A program made the position numbers and the translations under genes. Positions 63,998-64,000 of a stretch of 64,000 nucleotides of DNA are shown piece by piece; within the stretch, counting starts at the first letter, position 1; each line of letters begins with the position of its first letter. The notes below the pieces were generated by a model that worked only from the letters and a program-made list of their open reading frames with translations, ran no database searches and was not told where the DNA came from. Origin of the DNA: an uncultured Bifidobacterium sp. Lineage in GTDB: Bacteria; Verrucomicrobiota; Verrucomicrobiia; Limisphaerales; JADLHS01. The stretch is from contig CAZQNQ010000010.1 of the NCBI GenBank assembly GCA_964594985.1, positions 71,466 to 135,465 on the forward strand. Direction: 5' to 3'.

Positions 63998-64000
63998 GCC

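Noticed and set aside
1-64000. tRNA, rRNA, transposase, integrase or recombinase genes that could explain the islands
   Set aside because: I found no T-loop (GGTTCGAATCC-like) or cloverleaf candidates in the intergenic regions. No ORF carries DDE, tyrosine-recombinase or serine-recombinase motifs that I could recognise by eye. A tRNAscan/ISfinder/HMM run would be the definitive check.

Overview
GC-rich bacterial chromosomal segment. Gene content and repeat style suggest the PVC superphylum, probably Verrucomicrobiota: a DUF1800/DUF1501 pair, giant secreted proteins with thrombospondin-type-3 repeats, and dense palindromic intergenic repeats. I call about 68 protein-coding genes.

Main gene blocks:
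- livHMGF, plus the 3' end of a substrate-binding gene.
- A secreted protein / ECF sigma / anti-sigma-like trio.
- DUF5069, an RpoD-family sigma factor, trxA and an Rrf2 regulator.
- Xaa-Pro aminopeptidase.
- A 1697-aa TSP3-repeat::DUF1800 protein followed by DUF1501.
- An M48 peptidase followed by three tandem AIM24/TIGR00266 paralogs.
- exbB-exbD-tonB-like plus a zinc-ribbon gene.
- Dimeric dUTPase, hpt, moaDE, a CNT nucleoside transporter, an SMI1/KNR4 protein, RbsD/FucU and a GT2.
- korAB.
- HAD hydrolase and a TPR protein.
- An accessory stretch at about 37.7-45.5 kb.
- sufU, a LysE-family protein and pssA.
- A modE-like gene, a porin and modABC.
- A P1B-4-type ATPase.
- PocR/AraC, USP and cNMP-binding genes.
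- Two multiheme cytochrome genes.

I recognised no rRNA, tRNA, CRISPR array, transposase or integrase.

Most unusual observations:
1. A visibly AT-richer four-gene island at 41.2-45.5 kb, next to an XRE regulator. It encodes a 907-aa secreted cadherin-like/TSP3 protein whose C-terminus carries a caspase/CHAT-like GHG...NAC dyad, plus three proteins of unknown function.
2. A roughly 2.9 kb segment carrying a Schlafen-like AlbA_2/HATPase_c_4 protein and a GH28, bracketed by diverged 102-bp direct repeats of a gene 3' end.
3. A MITE-like palindromic element lying in frame inside the P-type ATPase.
4. Several families of nested palindromic repeats that sit mostly in intra-operon spacers.
5. An operon pairing a 7-heme NapC/NirT-like cytochrome with a 9-heme::cytochrome-b fusion, reminiscent of Geobacter ImcH/CbcL.

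All homology calls come from motif recognition by eye. No database search was run.
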